Below, in pieces: positions 1 to 10,000 of a stretch of 64,000 nucleotides of DNA. The stretch's first letter is position 1. Each line of letters opens with the position of its first letter. Below the pieces are notes generated by a model. The model saw only the letters and a list, made by a program, of their open reading frames with translations, was not told where the DNA came from and did not search any database. Both the position numbers and the translations under genes were made by a program. The DNA lies in NCBI RefSeq assembly GCF_000737315.1, contig NZ_JMCB01000003.1, positions 930,001 through 994,000 of the forward strand, in the 5' to 3' direction. This DNA comes from Hyalangium minutum. GTDB lineage: Bacteria > Myxococcota > Myxococcia > Myxococcales > Myxococcaceae.

Positions 1-2
1 AG

Positions 3-212
3 CGCTGCCGGAAGGATCTGGTGGACGTGCCGGATCAGGCCAAGAAGGAGCTGGAGTTCATCTTCGCCACGAAGATGGACGAGGTGCTGGTGGCGGCGCT
101 GGAGACCTCGCCGTTCAAGACCCCGGCGGGCTCGGGCACTGGCGGCGAGCAGCCGGTGGCTCCGGTGGCCGGCTCCACCACGGACTCCCCGGAGATCCGG
201 GCCGAGGCGTAA
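3..212 (+). CDS. lon: ATP-dependent Lon protease, C-terminal end (5' truncated by window edge); likely LonD/BsgA type
   Basis: Frame reads RCRKDLVDVPDQAKKELEFIFATKMDEVLVAALE, matching the end of the Lon_C domain; followed by a hairpin terminator. Confidence 0.8.
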   Translation, partial: RCRKDLVDVPDQAKKELEFIFATKMDEVLVAALETSPFKTPAGSGTGGEQPVAPVAGSTTDSPEIRAEA

Positions 213-249
213 ACAGGCTGTCGATCACCTCTGGGTGATGCAGTAGACG

Positions 250-284
250 CGGGCAGGCTCCTTCGGGGGCCTGCCCGTTGTCGT
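250..284 (+). terminator. Intrinsic terminator after lon
   Basis: 12-bp stem cgggcaggctcc / ggggcctgcccg (one G-U pair), TTCG loop, then ttgtcgtt. Confidence 0.7.
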
Positions 285-319
285 TGGAGGCAACACGCTT
301 TCCGCGGAGGGGCACTTCG

Positions 320-638
320 ATGAAGTACACGTACCTGGGACGCACGGACTTGAAGGTGTCGCGCATCTGGGTGCATGAGCTACGGCAGCACCTCGTGGCG
401 CCCGTGGGTGCTGGACGAGGAGGCCGTGAAGCAGGTGGCCACGGCGCGAGGGAACTCGATGGCGGAGGTGGCCCTGGCGTGGCTGTTGTCCAAGCCCATG
501 GTGACGGCGCCCATCGTCGGCGCGACGAAGCTGGACCACCTGGAGGCAGCCATCCGCGCGGTGGAGGTCCAGCTCTCGCCGGAGGACATCGCGGCGCTCG
601 AGAAGCCCTACAAGCCGCACGAGGTCCGCGGCTTCTAA
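320..638 (+). pseudogene. Aldo/keto reductase pseudogene (frameshift plus large internal deletion)
   Basis: GGAGG RBS then MKYTYLGRTDLKVSRI (AKR N-terminus); frame shifts before MSYGSTSWRPWVLDEEA, which joins directly to the AKR C-terminal VKQVA...AEVALAWLL...PIVGATKLDHLE; most of the TIM barrel is missing. Confidence 0.85.
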
Positions 639-3600
639 CCCCGCTCGGGCTCTCGCGAGGGCTCCGGCCACAAGGAACGCCTGCGGGCCAGCTCGAGCAC
701 GCGGGCATTCTCGGGAACCCGGGTCAGGAAACGCTCCTGGGCTGCCGCATCGGGGAGCTGCTCCATCCGGAGGCGCAAGCACTCCACGGCCTTGCGCAGG
801 GCGGCTTCGGCCGCTGCGTCATCCCCTTGGGACAGGCAGGCCGCCGTCAGCGCGTGCCAGCCGCTCACAGACGCCGCGCCCACGCCCCCCATCTGCTCCA
901 CCACCCGCACGCCCTCCTCCGCCTCCGCGCGGCTCTCCTGAGCGCGATCCTGGGCCAGCAGCGTCGCGCTCAGGCAGATCCGCGCGAAGACTTGGTAGAC
1001 GGGAAGGCCCTCCAACCGTGCGCACGCCTCGCGAGCCCATTTCTCTGCTTCGCGGAGTGAGCCCTGCGCCAGCGATGCTCGGGCCAGCGCCGCGGTCGCG
1101 ATGCCCTGGTGCTGCGGGTTCGTCCGCTCCGCCTCCAGCTCGAGGAGCGCCAAGCGGCGGGACTCCTCCTGATCCTCCGGCTCGGAGCTCCCCGACAGGA
1201 CCAGGGCCATGTGGATCGAAAACCAGCTGCCCGCCCGGCCAAAGTATTTGATTCTCACCCGCTCTTCTCTCAGCACGGCTGAGGCCCGGGGCATCTCCCC
1301 CAGGGCAGCCAGGACCTGCCCGAGCAGGGCCCGGGTCACCAGCTGGTTCCTCTCCGCGCCGATTTTGCCAAAGGCCTCCAGGGACTCCTCCGCACCGAGC
1401 AGCGCTCGCCAGAGGCGAGTGCCGTAGTCGTACTCGACCTGGGCCTGCCCGAGGGACCACCAGCCATGGGCGAAAGCATCACGCTCCGCACCGTTTCTCG
1501 CGATCACGGCTTCGCGTTCCTGCACGAGCAGGGCCTTCTGCGGGTGGCCCGTCCATTGGTACATGCCACTGAGGAAAGCGAGCGCCTCGATGTACGGGGC
1601 CATGGCACCCGGGGCGGGTTGGATGCCCATCAGCCGGTGTGCGAGCTCGCTCGCCTCCTGGAAGCGTCCGCTCATGGCGTCCATCAGGATGAGGTTTCCC
1701 ACCACCTGTATCCAGGCGCCACTCCCCTCGGCGAGCTTGGGCAGGACCTCATGGCTGACGGCGACGGTGCGGGCGAAGTCATCCATCCAGAAGGCGATGT
1801 CCGCCTCCAGCACCTGGAGCTCGGTGAGGATCTGCCCCGAAGGCTCACAGGCCAGCGCGGCCGCCAGACACCGCTGAGCCCCCTGCAGATCCGAGCGCTG
1901 CCGCTCGCAGTTGTGTTTGCAGGCGAGGACAAAGAAGTGGATGGCCTTCTGCTTCTCCCCACCGAGCTTGTAGTGCTCGGCCAGCACGATGGGCTCGGAC
2001 TCGCCCACCGCCTCCAACCAGGTGCCAGCCCGTAGGTGCCCCACGGCGCGAAGGCTGTCGGGCACCAAGCTGTAGGCGGCGTCACGGACCAGGGCGTGGT
2101 GGAAGCGGTACTCGCTCTGCCCGGGGAAGCGGCTGCCCGGCTGCAGCTGCACCACCTCCAGTTCCACCAGCCGCTTCAGTCCCTCGGCGAGCCCCTCGGG
2201 GGACAGATACGACTCCAGCATCCTCTGGACTCCCTGGGCCCAGAAGGTGCGGCCGAAGATGCTGGCCGCCAGTGCCACACGCCGGGCTTCCCGATCCAGG
2301 CGCTGCAGGCGCGACTGGAGCATGGCCAGGACCGATCCGGGTAGCTCCTCGCCATGTCCCTCGGCCACGCTGCGAATCAGCTCCTCCAGGAACAGGGCAT
2401 TGCCAGCCGCCTGCCCTACCAGGCGCGTGACGACGTCTTCGGGTACCTCGGGACCGAGAACCTCTTGAACCAGCCGAGTGCAGGCCTTGTGGCTCAGGCC
2501 TCGCAGCGGCACCTCTTGCAGGCCCCGTCCCCACAGCTTGGGAAACAGCTCTTTGACGTCGGGCCGCGCCAGCGCCAGCACCATCAACGGGTGATTGGAG
2601 AGCTCGCGCAGCACCTCCTCCACCAGGTGAATGGTGGGACCATCGCTCCAGTGCAGATCCTCCAGCATCAGCAGGACCGGACGCTGGGCGCACTCGGCCT
2701 TGAGCCAGGTGACCAAGCTCCGCGTCACCTGAGCGTTCATCAGCTGCGGATCCTCTCGGGCCGCGCGCAACCGGGGGCTGTCCTGTCCGGGGAATGGAAT
2801 GGCACACAGCTCCCCCAGGAACTCGGTGACTTCCTGGTGCTGCTCCGGAGGCAGGTGCTGGGTGAGGCGCTGGACCAGCTTGGTGCGGCGGACCTCCAGC
2901 GGCTCGCCATCAACCACTTCGCAGAGCCGACGCACCGCCTGAGCCACCATGCCATAGGCGACGCTGGTGTTCATGAGATCACCCCGCCCCAGCAGGAGCA
3001 GCGGAGGCCTGGCGTGGCGCTCCAAGCGGCGCAGCAGCTCATGTCGCAGGCGTGACTTGCCCATGCCCGCAGGCGCGGTCACCAGCAATGCATGCGCGGA
3101 GCTGTCCTCCACGCAGCTGTTGAACGCCAGTTCCAGCAGGGCCAGCTCCTGCTCACGGCCGACACAGGGGGTAGGCCGCCCCAGCAGTGGACGGGAGGAG
3201 TCCACGCTCAGGGGCGCACCGTTCAGGAGAAAGAGCTCCGAGGACACCCGCTCCACCTGAAACCGCGAGCCCAGCAGCCCGGCCGTGGTCTCATCCACCA
3301 GCACCTGGGCTGTGGAGGCCGGAGGCTGGGTCTTCTGCAGCAGCAAGCCCGCCCTGTCGACCGCCTCTCCAACAGGCAGCGGTTGTCCTCGCAGACCCAG
3401 TCCGGTGGTCAGAGCCACGCGGCTGTCGGCCCAGCGCTCCCGGACCGCCAGGGCACAGTGCGCGGCCAGCGCGGCCTGATCGGTGGCCGTGCCGCGCTCG
3501 AGAGCGAAGGTGGCCAGCAGGGAGTTATCGGCCAACAGCACGGCCTGAGCCCCTTGGGCCTGCAGGCTCTGCAATACCAGCTGGAGATTCTGGTGGGCCT

Positions 3601-4627
3601 GCGACTCTTCCTCCAGGCTGAGCGTCGGTGCCTCCCGGAGGGGGAGCCGCGGAATGGCCAGCAGCACGCTCACCACGTGCCGCTCGGCGTGCGCTGGCAG
3701 AGCCCCCTCTCCAGTCGGCAGGCGTCCCGAGACATCCTTGAGATCCCACGAGGCCCCCGTGGGCGGAGGCAGCTCGGAGGGCAGCTCCAGGCTCTCGAGC
3801 GCGCGCAGCAGGTGTCCGGCGTTCGTGGGCCGCCGACTCGGCTCCTTGGACAGCAGCCTCTCCACCAACTCCTGGAGCGCGGTGGGCAACTCGGGCCTCA
3901 AGGTCTCCAAGCGCCTCGGCTCGGAGTAGAGGATCTTGGCCAGCACAGCGGCCATGTGCGGGGCACAGAAGGGGCTGAGCCCCGTGAGGCACTCGTAGAG
4001 AACGCACCCCAGGGAGAAGACGTCGGCGGCCGGAGTGATGTCCTGGTGACTGGAAGCCTGCTCAGGCGCCATGTACCCGGGAGTTCCCAGCACGGAGCTG
4101 GTGCTCGTGAGCGGCCGGGAGGCTGCGTTGATGCGTGCCACCCCGAAGTCCAGCAGCACCACGTCCCACGGCTGGCCCGAGCGGAGGAAGAGATTGGAGG
4201 GCTTGAGGTCGCGGTGGATGATGCCCTGCGCATGGGCGGTGGCCAGGGCATCCGCGGCGCGACGAATCAACTGCAGCGACTCGGAGAGGCTCAACGGCTT
4301 GTGCACCAGCCGGGAGGCGAGATCCTCCCCCTCCAGCCACTCCATGGCCAGGAAGGGCTGGTGCTCCTCGGTGAGGCCATGGGCCACGTAGGAGACGATT
4401 CCCGGGTGCCGCAGGGACGTCAGGATCTGAGCCTCGCGGGCAAAGCGGCGCGCCGCGTCGGAGTCGCTCGAGGCCTGGAGCAGCTTGAGGGCGATCGGGA
4501 GCCCGGTGTGCTCATCGCGAGCCTGGTAGACCACGCCCATCCCGCCACGGCCTGCCAAGCGCTGGAGCGTGAATCGCCGGGCGACCACAGCGCCTGGAGC
4601 CAGCTCACCAAAGGACTCAGAGACCAT
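635..4627 (-). CDS. Ser/Thr protein kinase fused to AAA/STAND-type ATPase and TPR-like region
   Basis: GRGGMG, AxK, HRDLKPSN, DFG, GTPGYMAPE kinase motifs; Walker A APAGMGKS; LEDLHWSD Walker B; GNALFLEE. Confidence 0.9.
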   Translation of the reverse strand: MVSESFGELAPGAVVARRFTLQRLAGRGGMGVVYQARDEHTGLPIALKLLQASSDSDAARRFAREAQILTSLRHPGIVSYVAHGLTEEHQPFLAMEWLEGEDLASRLVHKPLSLSESLQLIRRAADALATAHAQGIIHRDLKPSNLFLRSGQPWDVVLLDFGVARINAASRPLTSTSSVLGTPGYMAPEQASSHQDITPAADVFSLGCVLYECLTGLSPFCAPHMAAVLAKILYSEPRRLETLRPELPTALQELVERLLSKEPSRRPTNAGHLLRALESLELPSELPPPTGASWDLKDVSGRLPTGEGALPAHAERHVVSVLLAIPRLPLREAPTLSLEEESQAHQNLQLVLQSLQAQGAQAVLLADNSLLATFALERGTATDQAALAAHCALAVRERWADSRVALTTGLGLRGQPLPVGEAVDRAGLLLQKTQPPASTAQVLVDETTAGLLGSRFQVERVSSELFLLNGAPLSVDSSRPLLGRPTPCVGREQELALLELAFNSCVEDSSAHALLVTAPAGMGKSRLRHELLRRLERHARPPLLLLGRGDLMNTSVAYGMVAQAVRRLCEVVDGEPLEVRRTKLVQRLTQHLPPEQHQEVTEFLGELCAIPFPGQDSPRLRAAREDPQLMNAQVTRSLVTWLKAECAQRPVLLMLEDLHWSDGPTIHLVEEVLRELSNHPLMVLALARPDVKELFPKLWGRGLQEVPLRGLSHKACTRLVQEVLGPEVPEDVVTRLVGQAAGNALFLEELIRSVAEGHGEELPGSVLAMLQSRLQRLDREARRVALAASIFGRTFWAQGVQRMLESYLSPEGLAEGLKRLVELEVVQLQPGSRFPGQSEYRFHHALVRDAAYSLVPDSLRAVGHLRAGTWLEAVGESEPIVLAEHYKLGGEKQKAIHFFVLACKHNCERQRSDLQGAQRCLAAALACEPSGQILTELQVLEADIAFWMDDFARTVAVSHEVLPKLAEGSGAWIQVVGNLILMDAMSGRFQEASELAHRLMGIQPAPGAMAPYIEALAFLSGMYQWTGHPQKALLVQEREAVIARNGAERDAFAHGWWSLGQAQVEYDYGTRLWRALLGAEESLEAFGKIGAERNQLVTRALLGQVLAALGEMPRASAVLREERVRIKYFGRAGSWFSIHMALVLSGSSEPEDQEESRRLALLELEAERTNPQHQGIATAALARASLAQGSLREAEKWAREACARLEGLPVYQVFARICLSATLLAQDRAQESRAEAEEGVRVVEQMGGVGAASVSGWHALTAACLSQGDDAAAEAALRKAVECLRLRMEQLPDAAAQERFLTRVPENARVLELARRRSLWPEPSREPERG

Positions 4628-4696
4628 TGCGCTCCGAGCCTACTCGCAAGGTCTTGGCCAACGTAAGGCTCGAACGAGCAGCCCGTCGGGCCTACG

Positions 4697-5455
4697 TCAC
4701 CTCAGGCCCCCCAGTCCCCCTCCCATGCGAGAGGCCTCCATCCCGAGCGACTCCCGAGCCAGCGCATCCGAGAGCAGCGTATCGAGCCGGAACGCGAGCC
4801 GCGCTTCCTGCACCACCTCCGACTTTCCCTCCTCGGTGAGCGGAAGCTTGTCCAGGTTTCCGTTCCCCCGGAGTCGCAGCAACTCCAAGGACTCGGCCTT
4901 CACAGCCTGGAAGAAGGCCGTCCCCTCCTCTTCGCTCAGCTCGAAGGTCCGCGCCACCTGGCTCGCGAGGACCGGGCCAGCCAGGATGTCCCGCGCGTAG
5001 CGCGCGTAGGCGTGCGCCACGAGCAGGTGCGGCGCCACCACGCGGAGTTGCCGGATGCGCTCCACGTGAAGGGCCGAGAGATGGTCCGGCCGAGGAGCCT
5101 CCTGCCACGAATCCCCCAGGAAGCAGCGCAGATCCGCCTCGATCGCGCGCGAGCGCCAGAGCTCCGGCAGCAAGAAGCCCCCCACCACCGGATGGCCGCA
5201 GAGCGACTCCATCGCGGCTTCGAGCGCCTCGTAAACCTCCAGCAGGCACTGCAGATACGTGACGTAGTGGCGCCCCCGCACGAGCTGTCCGTACACGCTC
5301 GTTCCCCACGGGCCTCGGAAGAGGCTCCGCAGGAAGGGCGTCTGATCTGCCTCTCGCCGCGTGGCCGCCGTCCCCTCCTCCAGCCGCACGGACAGAGACA
5401 CCTGCCCTGTGACAGGGATGCGGTCCATGAGGCTCACGACAGTGGCTGCGGACAT
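4697..5455 (-). CDS. Heme oxygenase-like protein lacking the proximal His
   Basis: LSVRLEEGT, VYEALE, PELWRS..IEADL, LLVAHAYARY align with the heme oxygenase fold; ATG at 5455 preceded by AGAGGG. Confidence 0.75.
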   Translation of the reverse strand: MSAATVVSLMDRIPVTGQVSLSVRLEEGTAATRREADQTPFLRSLFRGPWGTSVYGQLVRGRHYVTYLQCLLEVYEALEAAMESLCGHPVVGGFLLPELWRSRAIEADLRCFLGDSWQEAPRPDHLSALHVERIRQLRVVAPHLLVAHAYARYARDILAGPVLASQVARTFELSEEEGTAFFQAVKAESLELLRLRGNGNLDKLPLTEEGKSEVVQEARLAFRLDTLLSDALARESLGMEASRMGGGLGGLR

Positions 5456-5471
5456 GGTGCCCTCTTTGAAT

Positions 5472-5505
5472 TGATAACGATTATCAAAATCAAAATCATA
5501 ATGCA
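5472..5505. promoter_or_regulatory. Fur box with extended hexamer array
   Basis: TGATAAC-G-ATTATCA (5472-5486) differs at one position from the 7-1-7 Fur consensus; flanked by AT-rich GATTTT/GATTAT hexamers; 17 nt upstream of the heme oxygenase-like start. Confidence 0.8.
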
Positions 5506-5699
5506 CGCTCCCCACCCAACCGTCAAGCCCTCCAAACGAAGCCTGGTGCCGGGTGAACACGGCCGTGCGGTGGGGCCCCACGGGTCTGGCTGTCAGACAG
5601 GTTGGGCGAGAACGCGACCGGCAGGGCCCCAGCCAGCGCGTTGCCTCGGGACATGAGAAGATGGGGAACCGCTCGGCCCACCCGAGTGTCGGAACCGCC

Positions 5700-6647
5700 A
5701 TGCTGAGAGTCTCGAGGCTGCTTCTGGGATGGTTGGTGCTCGCCGGATGTGCCGAGCCCGCGAACGCGCAACCCGCTCCAGCCGTCCCCTCGTCCCCCGT
5801 GGAGGACGCCCCCGCCGCGAGTGCCTCCCAGGAGACGCCCCCGCGTGCGGAGCCGGCCACCCTGCCCGCCTGGCCCGCTGCCACCGCACCGCTCACGGCG
5901 CAGCCACTCCAGGTGCCCAAGGGCTATCGCAAGAAGCGCATCTACCTGGACGCGGGCCATGGCTACCGCGCCAACACCGGCAACACGTCCGTCACCTGCG
6001 AGACCGAGGCGGACAACATGCTCCGGGTGGCCGAGGATCTGGCGCGCCGGCTCGAGGCCACGGGCCACTTCAAGGTCCGCCTGAGCCGCAGGGCCGGGAA
6101 GGAGGTCCACTACCGCACCCGCGTCTCCGAGGCGGAGAGCTGGAACGCCGATGCCTTCGTGAGCCTCCACTCGGATTCACGCGGCGAGGCCGCCTGGTGG
6201 GAGGCGGCCCCCGGCCAGAAGTGCCTGCGCCAGGACACGACGCCGGGCTACAGCGTGCTCTGGTCGGACGAGACAGCCGATCCCCTGAAGACCCGCCGCG
6301 TGACGCTGGCCCGCGGGCTGGCCCAGCGCATCGGCGCGGCGGGCTTCCTGCCTTATGACGGCGTGGACTACGTGGGCCTCTACGAGGGCGATCCCGAGCA
6401 CCCGGGCGTCTTCGTGGACCGGCACGAGCCCGGCCTTCGGATCATGATGCTGCGCCGGCCGCGCGTTCCCTCGGTCATCATCGAGACGCACCACGCGCTC
6501 GACTTCGAGGAGGCGGCGCGCTGGAAGGAGCTCCGGACGTTGGAGGCTTTCGCCGCGGCGGTGGCGCAGGGGCTGGTGGATGGACTCTCCGACTCGCCCT
6601 CCCCTGCTGCGCCCATGGCGACGACCGGGGTGGCCGCGCAGAAGTAG
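5700..6647 (+). CDS. N-acetylmuramoyl-L-alanine amidase (Amidase_3), lipoprotein
   Basis: IYLDAGHG, E, FVSLHSD, VIIE zinc and catalytic motifs; lipobox LAGC. Confidence 0.9.
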   Translation: MLRVSRLLLGWLVLAGCAEPANAQPAPAVPSSPVEDAPAASASQETPPRAEPATLPAWPAATAPLTAQPLQVPKGYRKKRIYLDAGHGYRANTGNTSVTCETEADNMLRVAEDLARRLEATGHFKVRLSRRAGKEVHYRTRVSEAESWNADAFVSLHSDSRGEAAWWEAAPGQKCLRQDTTPGYSVLWSDETADPLKTRRVTLARGLAQRIGAAGFLPYDGVDYVGLYEGDPEHPGVFVDRHEPGLRIMMLRRPRVPSVIIETHHALDFEEAARWKELRTLEAFAAAVAQGLVDGLSDSPSPAAPMATTGVAAQK

Positions 6648-6671
6648 CGCACGGCCCGTCCGCCCGGGGCC

Positions 6672-7640
6672 TCACTTCTCCTTCGCGAGCTCGTCCACCT
6701 GCTTCTGGAGCCCGTCGGCCTCCTCGAAGAACTCATCCACTGACGAGGCAGGTATCAGCCGGACGGAGGACGGCAGCAACGCGCGGGGGAAGCTCAGAGA
6801 GGAGCTGAAACCCTCGTTGCCCAGCAGCTCCTGCGCCTGGATGAGTGAGCCCAGGCCCAGGACGATCGCGCCAATCATCGCTCCCAGCCGCCGCGAGTCC
6901 CAGCGCGTCACGTAGCGCAGGTGCCAGAACAGTCCCCACGCCACCAGCGCCAGGTAACAGAGCAGCCCCAGCCACTGGCGGCTCGTGCTCCAGCCCAGGC
7001 TGAAGCTCAGAAGGAGCATCAGGCCGGGGATGCAGATGAAGCCCAGCAGCATCAGGCTGCCGATGGCTCCATGGGCCCGGAAGTAGAACTGGCGGCGCGC
7101 GATCCGGCTCGCGATGGACCAGCCGCCCGCCCAGGCCAACGCGAGCGCGGTGGGCAGCAACATGGAGAAAACCAGCTCGCCCCAGTCCGTCTCGTCGTAG
7201 CTGGAGATGTACGTGGAGAGCATCGACGCCAGCATCACCACGCCAAGCGACGCCAGGAACGTCTGCGGCCGATCCAGGAGACGCTGATGAGGCCGGACCG
7301 GGGCCTCGGCCAGCAGCGCTTCGGGCACCTCGAAGCTGCGCCCGCGGAAGCGCAGCATGGTGTCGCCCACCATCACCCGTGCGTCCTGCGCCAGCGTCAT
7401 CTCCGCCATGCGCGCCCAGGGCTCCACCCGGAACGTGCCGTTGCGGCTGCCCACGTCCCGCACCAGGAGCCCGCCATCCTCGGTGCGCTCGATGCGCAGG
7501 TGCGCCGGGGACACCTTGGGATCATCCAGGATGATGTCATTGGCGTAGCCGCGCCCCACCGTGGCGGGGAAGCGCTCCAGCCGGTGGCGCACGTGGACGA
7601 CGTCCCCTTCCAGCACCTCCAGGAAGATCACTTCGTCCAC
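6672..7640 (-). CDS. FHA-domain membrane protein
   Basis: VGRGYANDIILDDPKVSPAHL...GSRNGT FHA motifs followed by several hydrophobic TM segments; GTG start with GGAGG. Confidence 0.85.
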   Translation of the reverse strand: MDEVIFLEVLEGDVVHVRHRLERFPATVGRGYANDIILDDPKVSPAHLRIERTEDGGLLVRDVGSRNGTFRVEPWARMAEMTLAQDARVMVGDTMLRFRGRSFEVPEALLAEAPVRPHQRLLDRPQTFLASLGVVMLASMLSTYISSYDETDWGELVFSMLLPTALALAWAGGWSIASRIARRQFYFRAHGAIGSLMLLGFICIPGLMLLLSFSLGWSTSRQWLGLLCYLALVAWGLFWHLRYVTRWDSRRLGAMIGAIVLGLGSLIQAQELLGNEGFSSSLSFPRALLPSSVRLIPASSVDEFFEEADGLQKQVDELAKEK

Positions 7641-8989
7641 GACAAGCCCTCCAGGTAGTGGCGCGCGAGCTTCCGGGCGTTCTCCGGCGAGAAGCCCGCC
7701 AGGGTGAAGCTCGTGTCGACGCCCTGGTTGTTCGAGGGGAGCGTGGCGGCGCGCAGCACCAGATCGTAGAGCCCCGGGAACTTCTTGTAGGCGCGCAGGC
7801 ACAGCGCGGCGCGCAGGGTGAGCCCTCCGGTGCTCACGAACTCCGAGTTGCACCGGAAGTTCGTCACGTCCTCGCGGGTGGCCTCCACCACCGCCGGATC
7901 CGCGGAGAAGTACGCGCTGAACACCGCGGAGAAGCGCAGCGCTCCCAGCTTGGTCGAGGACAGGTACTGGTGGTTGTACGAGACCGCCCCGGTGCGATGG
8001 TCCGACGAGAGGTACAGATCGTCTTCGGAGGAGCACTGGTAGCTCGTCACGGTGTACTGAGCCTCGGGATCGTGCGGGGTGTCGCCCCAGCACTTGAGGA
8101 AGGGCAGCCAGCGCCCGGGGACGCGATAGGGCCCCAGGCTCTGCTGCGGCAGAGGCGTGGCGAGCAGGCGCTCGGTGATGCGCTGCTGGTGTTCGCGCAG
8201 CTGCGTTCCGACGGAGGCCAGCAGCGCGGAGGGCTCCGAGTCCTCCGGCTTGGCCGCGAGCGCGCGCGTCAGCAACGCCTGGGCGTGCTCCACCGGCACG
8301 AGGAAGCCCACCTGGTTCCCCATGGTGGCCACGTTGACGCCCACCACACGGCCCTCTCCGGTGAGCGAGGGCCCACCGCTCATGCCCGGGTTGATGGCGC
8401 CGGTGAAGTGCACGCGATCATAGAGGGCGTCATGGACCAGCCCGTTGTAGGTGCCCTCGACGATCGTGATGCCCAGATCGCGCGGGTTGCCCATGGCGAA
8501 CAGGCGCGTGCCCTGTGGGGGCGGCTTGTCCAGCAGTTGGAAGAAGTCCGGCACCGGCTGCGCAAGCCGGATCACCGCGAGATCGTGCACCACGTCCACA
8601 TCGAGCAGCTTCACCGCCACCGGGTCCTGGCCATCCCGGACGATCTCGGCGGTGTAGTCCTCCGGGTGCATCACCAGATCCGAGACGACGTGGTAGTTCG
8701 TCAGGGCGTGCCCGTCCGCGCTCACGAAGAAGGCCGAGCCGATAGACGACTTGGTGCCCGAGCGGCTCTCGATGATGCGGACCTGGGCCACGCGGCGCTT
8801 GATGCGCTCGAACAGCTCATGCGTGGCGGGAGGCAGTGACGCCACAGGGAGTTGCGGCACAGCCTCCGGCGCCCCTGAATCAGGCGCGGGAGAGTCGGGC
8901 TGGGCCGCCCCGGAGACCGGAGAAGGCACCGGAGGCTGCGCAGGCGCCGGGGCTTGCGCGAGGAGGACAGCAACGAGGAGAGCAACCAT
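7628..8989 (-). CDS. Secreted trypsin-like (S1C) serine protease with unknown C-terminal domain
   Basis: Triad motifs LTNYHV, HDLAV, GMSGGP; N-terminal signal peptide; no PDZ recognisable. Confidence 0.85.
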   Translation of the reverse strand: MVALLVAVLLAQAPAPAQPPVPSPVSGAAQPDSPAPDSGAPEAVPQLPVASLPPATHELFERIKRRVAQVRIIESRSGTKSSIGSAFFVSADGHALTNYHVVSDLVMHPEDYTAEIVRDGQDPVAVKLLDVDVVHDLAVIRLAQPVPDFFQLLDKPPPQGTRLFAMGNPRDLGITIVEGTYNGLVHDALYDRVHFTGAINPGMSGGPSLTGEGRVVGVNVATMGNQVGFLVPVEHAQALLTRALAAKPEDSEPSALLASVGTQLREHQQRITERLLATPLPQQSLGPYRVPGRWLPFLKCWGDTPHDPEAQYTVTSYQCSSEDDLYLSSDHRTGAVSYNHQYLSSTKLGALRFSAVFSAYFSADPAVVEATREDVTNFRCNSEFVSTGGLTLRAALCLRAYKKFPGLYDLVLRAATLPSNNQGVDTSFTLAGFSPENARKLARHYLEGLSWTK

Positions 8990-9115
8990 TCTGGCCCCAC
9001 AGTAGCGGAGGCGCGACCCTCTCGGGGGCGTGGGAAATGGCCTCGGAAACCGCTCGGCCCCTCCGGACAACCTGCTGGGTCGCGAGACTGATCACGAGTT
9101 CGCCAACCTGTTGCG

Positions 9116-9898
9116 TCACTTCTTCTCGGTGACGGCGAGGAACCCGCTGAACGTGCCCCCCGTGTCCATGTTCCCGCCCTGGAGCGCAGCCGGGTACAAG
9201 CGCGACACGTTGCCATCCAGATAGAGCGCGTCCTTGCACCCCAGCTGGGTCCGGAACAGCTCCGCGAACGTCTCCAACCGCACCGGCTCGCTGGAGAGGA
9301 CGAGGTGCACCCGCTGAGCATTCCCCGCGTCCACGCCCACGCCGCTCCGGGTGGCCAGCCCCTTGGACGTGTTGAACCCGGGATGCACCTTCCCCTCCGA
9401 GAGCAACAACGGACCGGACTGCGTTGCCTGCCGCACGGAAGCCTGGGTGCCGTAACGGGAGGCCTCGACGACCCGAGCCCCCTCCGCCCCCATCAGGAAG
9501 ACCCCGTTCGGCTTCCAATAGAAGTTGCCGCGGCCCTCACGGAGGTTGAGCGGCGCCAGTTCCTTCCCGTCCTGGATGAAGAGGCCCGTGGGCACCTCTC
9601 CCGGCTCGAAGATGCCCGCGTTCGTGGCGGCCAGCAGCCGCTCACCCTTCCCTGTGAGCCAGGACTCCAGGGCCTCGAAGGTCCTCAGCGGCTGGCCGTC
9701 GTCGTCCTGCCGCAGCAACCGCAGCGACGCGCGGCGCAGGTCGACGGTCACCACCTGGAAGCTCGCGCCCTCGAAGCGCACCGTCCTCACCTCGACCGGA
9801 GAGGAAGCCCGCTCCTTTCCGGCCGACTCGGGAGGAGCAGCCCCTCCGAGCGTTCCGCCCAGCAGCGCCGCGATCAATACCCCTCGGGGGAAAAACAT
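9116..9898 (-). CDS. Phosphodiester glycosidase / YigE (DUF2233)-like secreted protein
   Basis: NAGIF, KPNGVF, QSGPLL, RSGVG, ALYLDG motifs; signal peptide. Confidence 0.8.
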   Translation of the reverse strand: MFFPRGVLIAALLGGTLGGAAPPESAGKERASSPVEVRTVRFEGASFQVVTVDLRRASLRLLRQDDDGQPLRTFEALESWLTGKGERLLAATNAGIFEPGEVPTGLFIQDGKELAPLNLREGRGNFYWKPNGVFLMGAEGARVVEASRYGTQASVRQATQSGPLLLSEGKVHPGFNTSKGLATRSGVGVDAGNAQRVHLVLSSEPVRLETFAELFRTQLGCKDALYLDGNVSRLYPAALQGGNMDTGGTFSGFLAVTEKK

Positions 9899-10000
9899 GA
9901 GGAGGAAGCATAGAGCCCTCCTCCCCGTGCCGTCCTTGACTCGTCTTTGCTTAGCGTTTTCGTTGAGGCAGACTTTTGCTCACACGACGGAGACTCAGAG

